This document shows positions 37,371 through 38,371 of a stretch of 38,371 bases of DNA, piece by piece. Origin of the DNA: Basidiobolus ranarum (taxonomy: Eukaryota); contig JASJQH010000047.1 in NCBI GenBank assembly GCA_040143965.1, positions 1-38,371 of the forward strand. The letters are read 5' to 3'. The notes under the pieces were generated by a model. That model worked only from the letters and a program-made list of their open reading frames with translations, had not been told where the DNA came from and searched no databases. Made by a program: the position numbers and the translations under genes. Position 1 is the stretch's first letter. Each line of letters starts with the position of its first letter.

Positions 37371-37718
37371 GTTGAAATTAGCATTACCTAAACATCTATA
37401 TAGTCATATATAGCTTAGTACTTAGTTATCTTATATTTCACCAAGATATTACCCATTATTCTCATAAGGAATTTACTTTGAATATTGACACCAACTTAGA
37501 AGTTCTCAGATATTTCGATTTTTCAAACTTATGCTAGAAGCCACAAAACTATGCACACATGTTCTTAGGACCTTTTTTAACACATTATACACGTTGGTCT
37601 GTTTACATCTTGACAAAAGTATAAATGTCAACTTTCAACTCAATAAATCAATAAGTGAAAACCACCAACTTCTCTATTTCTCTAAACCGCTTCCAACAGG
37701 CTCCCAAATACTTTAACA
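37371..37718 (-). repeat. Diverged repeat copy 3 (longest copy)
   Basis: Contains all the segments shared with copies 1 and 2. Confidence 0.85.
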
Positions 37719-38174
37719 TGAATTCAGATAGTTTTTCCGATGATGCATACTCTCTCTATTAGCGCTATTTTCTTTACTAAATAGAAACAGCTTTGGAGTT
37801 ACAGTTTTTGGACTGGTACTATTTGCGGTAAGATCTTGTTGAGAGATAAAATGATTCAGCAAAGGTATATATTGCAATAAAAAAACATCCTACTTTTGAC
37901 TAACTTATTAATATCACGGATGCAGTCAGAGGCTGGCATAATGGCTATTTGCATGCAGATAGTACTACATATGAATATTTAGCTCAGTCAGGTTTGTGGT
38001 TGTTGAGTTGTCACAATCTGTAAAAGCACATGCCATAAAGCGATTCAATTATGAGCGATCGTAGATGAGTTATGAAAGATATTTTATTCCAAGAAAGATG
38101 GGTGACTTTTACTGATTAACAATTTTAGTTCAATGCAAATATTAAAGAAAAGCGTAATGCGAATTATTAGCTAT

Positions 38175-38371
38175 TTATAACACCAAGTTAAAGATAAACA
38201 ATCCTAAAACCATTCCACTCAAGCCAAGTGAATTTAGAGTTGAGGCGGAGTTTGAGGAATTATTAGTAGGATTGGCTGCATTGGCAGGGCTAGTAGTGTC
38301 TGCTTGTTGACCTGGAATTAAGACTCCTTCCACAACGTGGACCACTCCATTGCTAGTCAATACATTGGCAA
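38175..38371 (-). CDS. 3' end of a fasciclin (FAS1) domain protein, probably GPI-anchored (partial)
   Basis: ANVLTSNGVVHVVEGVLIP matches the FAS1 H2 motif (NGVxHxIDxVL). It is followed by a Ser/Thr/Asn-rich stalk, small-residue omega candidates (NSSNSAS) and a terminal hydrophobic tail LGLSGMVLGLFIFNLVL. Confidence 0.75.
   Translation of the reverse strand, partial: ANVLTSNGVVHVVEGVLIPGQQADTTSPANAANPTNNSSNSASTLNSLGLSGMVLGLFIFNLVL

Noticed and set aside
36706-37716. ORFs 36706-36915, 36987-37244 and 37531-37716 as transposase genes
   Set aside because: Short, no DDE or RT motifs recognised, and the frames are not preserved between repeat copies.
1-38371. CRISPR arrays, rRNA, tRNA or prokaryotic operons
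   Set aside because: The DNA is intron-containing and fungal. I saw no repeat-spacer array or RNA-gene signature by eye, and a covariance-model scan was not possible.

Overview
AT-rich eukaryotic DNA with short GT-AG introns. The gene content is fungal (velvet proteins, LRR/PP2C-type adenylate cyclase) and probably from an early-diverging lineage, which is an inference. Genes in order: 5' end of a Gln-rich gene (-); TTC14-like TPR/RS protein (-); two divergently transcribed velvet-domain paralogs that the ORF track fragments because of introns; Unc104/KIF1-type kinesin-3; Cyr1-type adenylate cyclase; Nrd1/Mrn1-type four-RRM protein; Bem46/ABHD13-like hydrolase; an atypical P5-type ATPase (-); a ~4.9 kb gene-free stretch with nested diverged direct and inverted repeats; and the 3' end of a probable GPI-anchored fasciclin (-). 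All eight complete gene models were spliced by hand and close in frame. Best leads: (1) a P5 ATPase with a signal peptide on a separate exon, a 13-Cys luminal domain, extra N-terminal TM helices and a non-canonical TM4 motif (TPLLP); (2) a head-to-head velvet pair sharing a C-terminal motif I do not recognise, with VosA-like TGGCCA sites in the shared promoter; (3) a decayed long-inverted-repeat element. No database searches were run, and comparisons to reference proteins are from memory.
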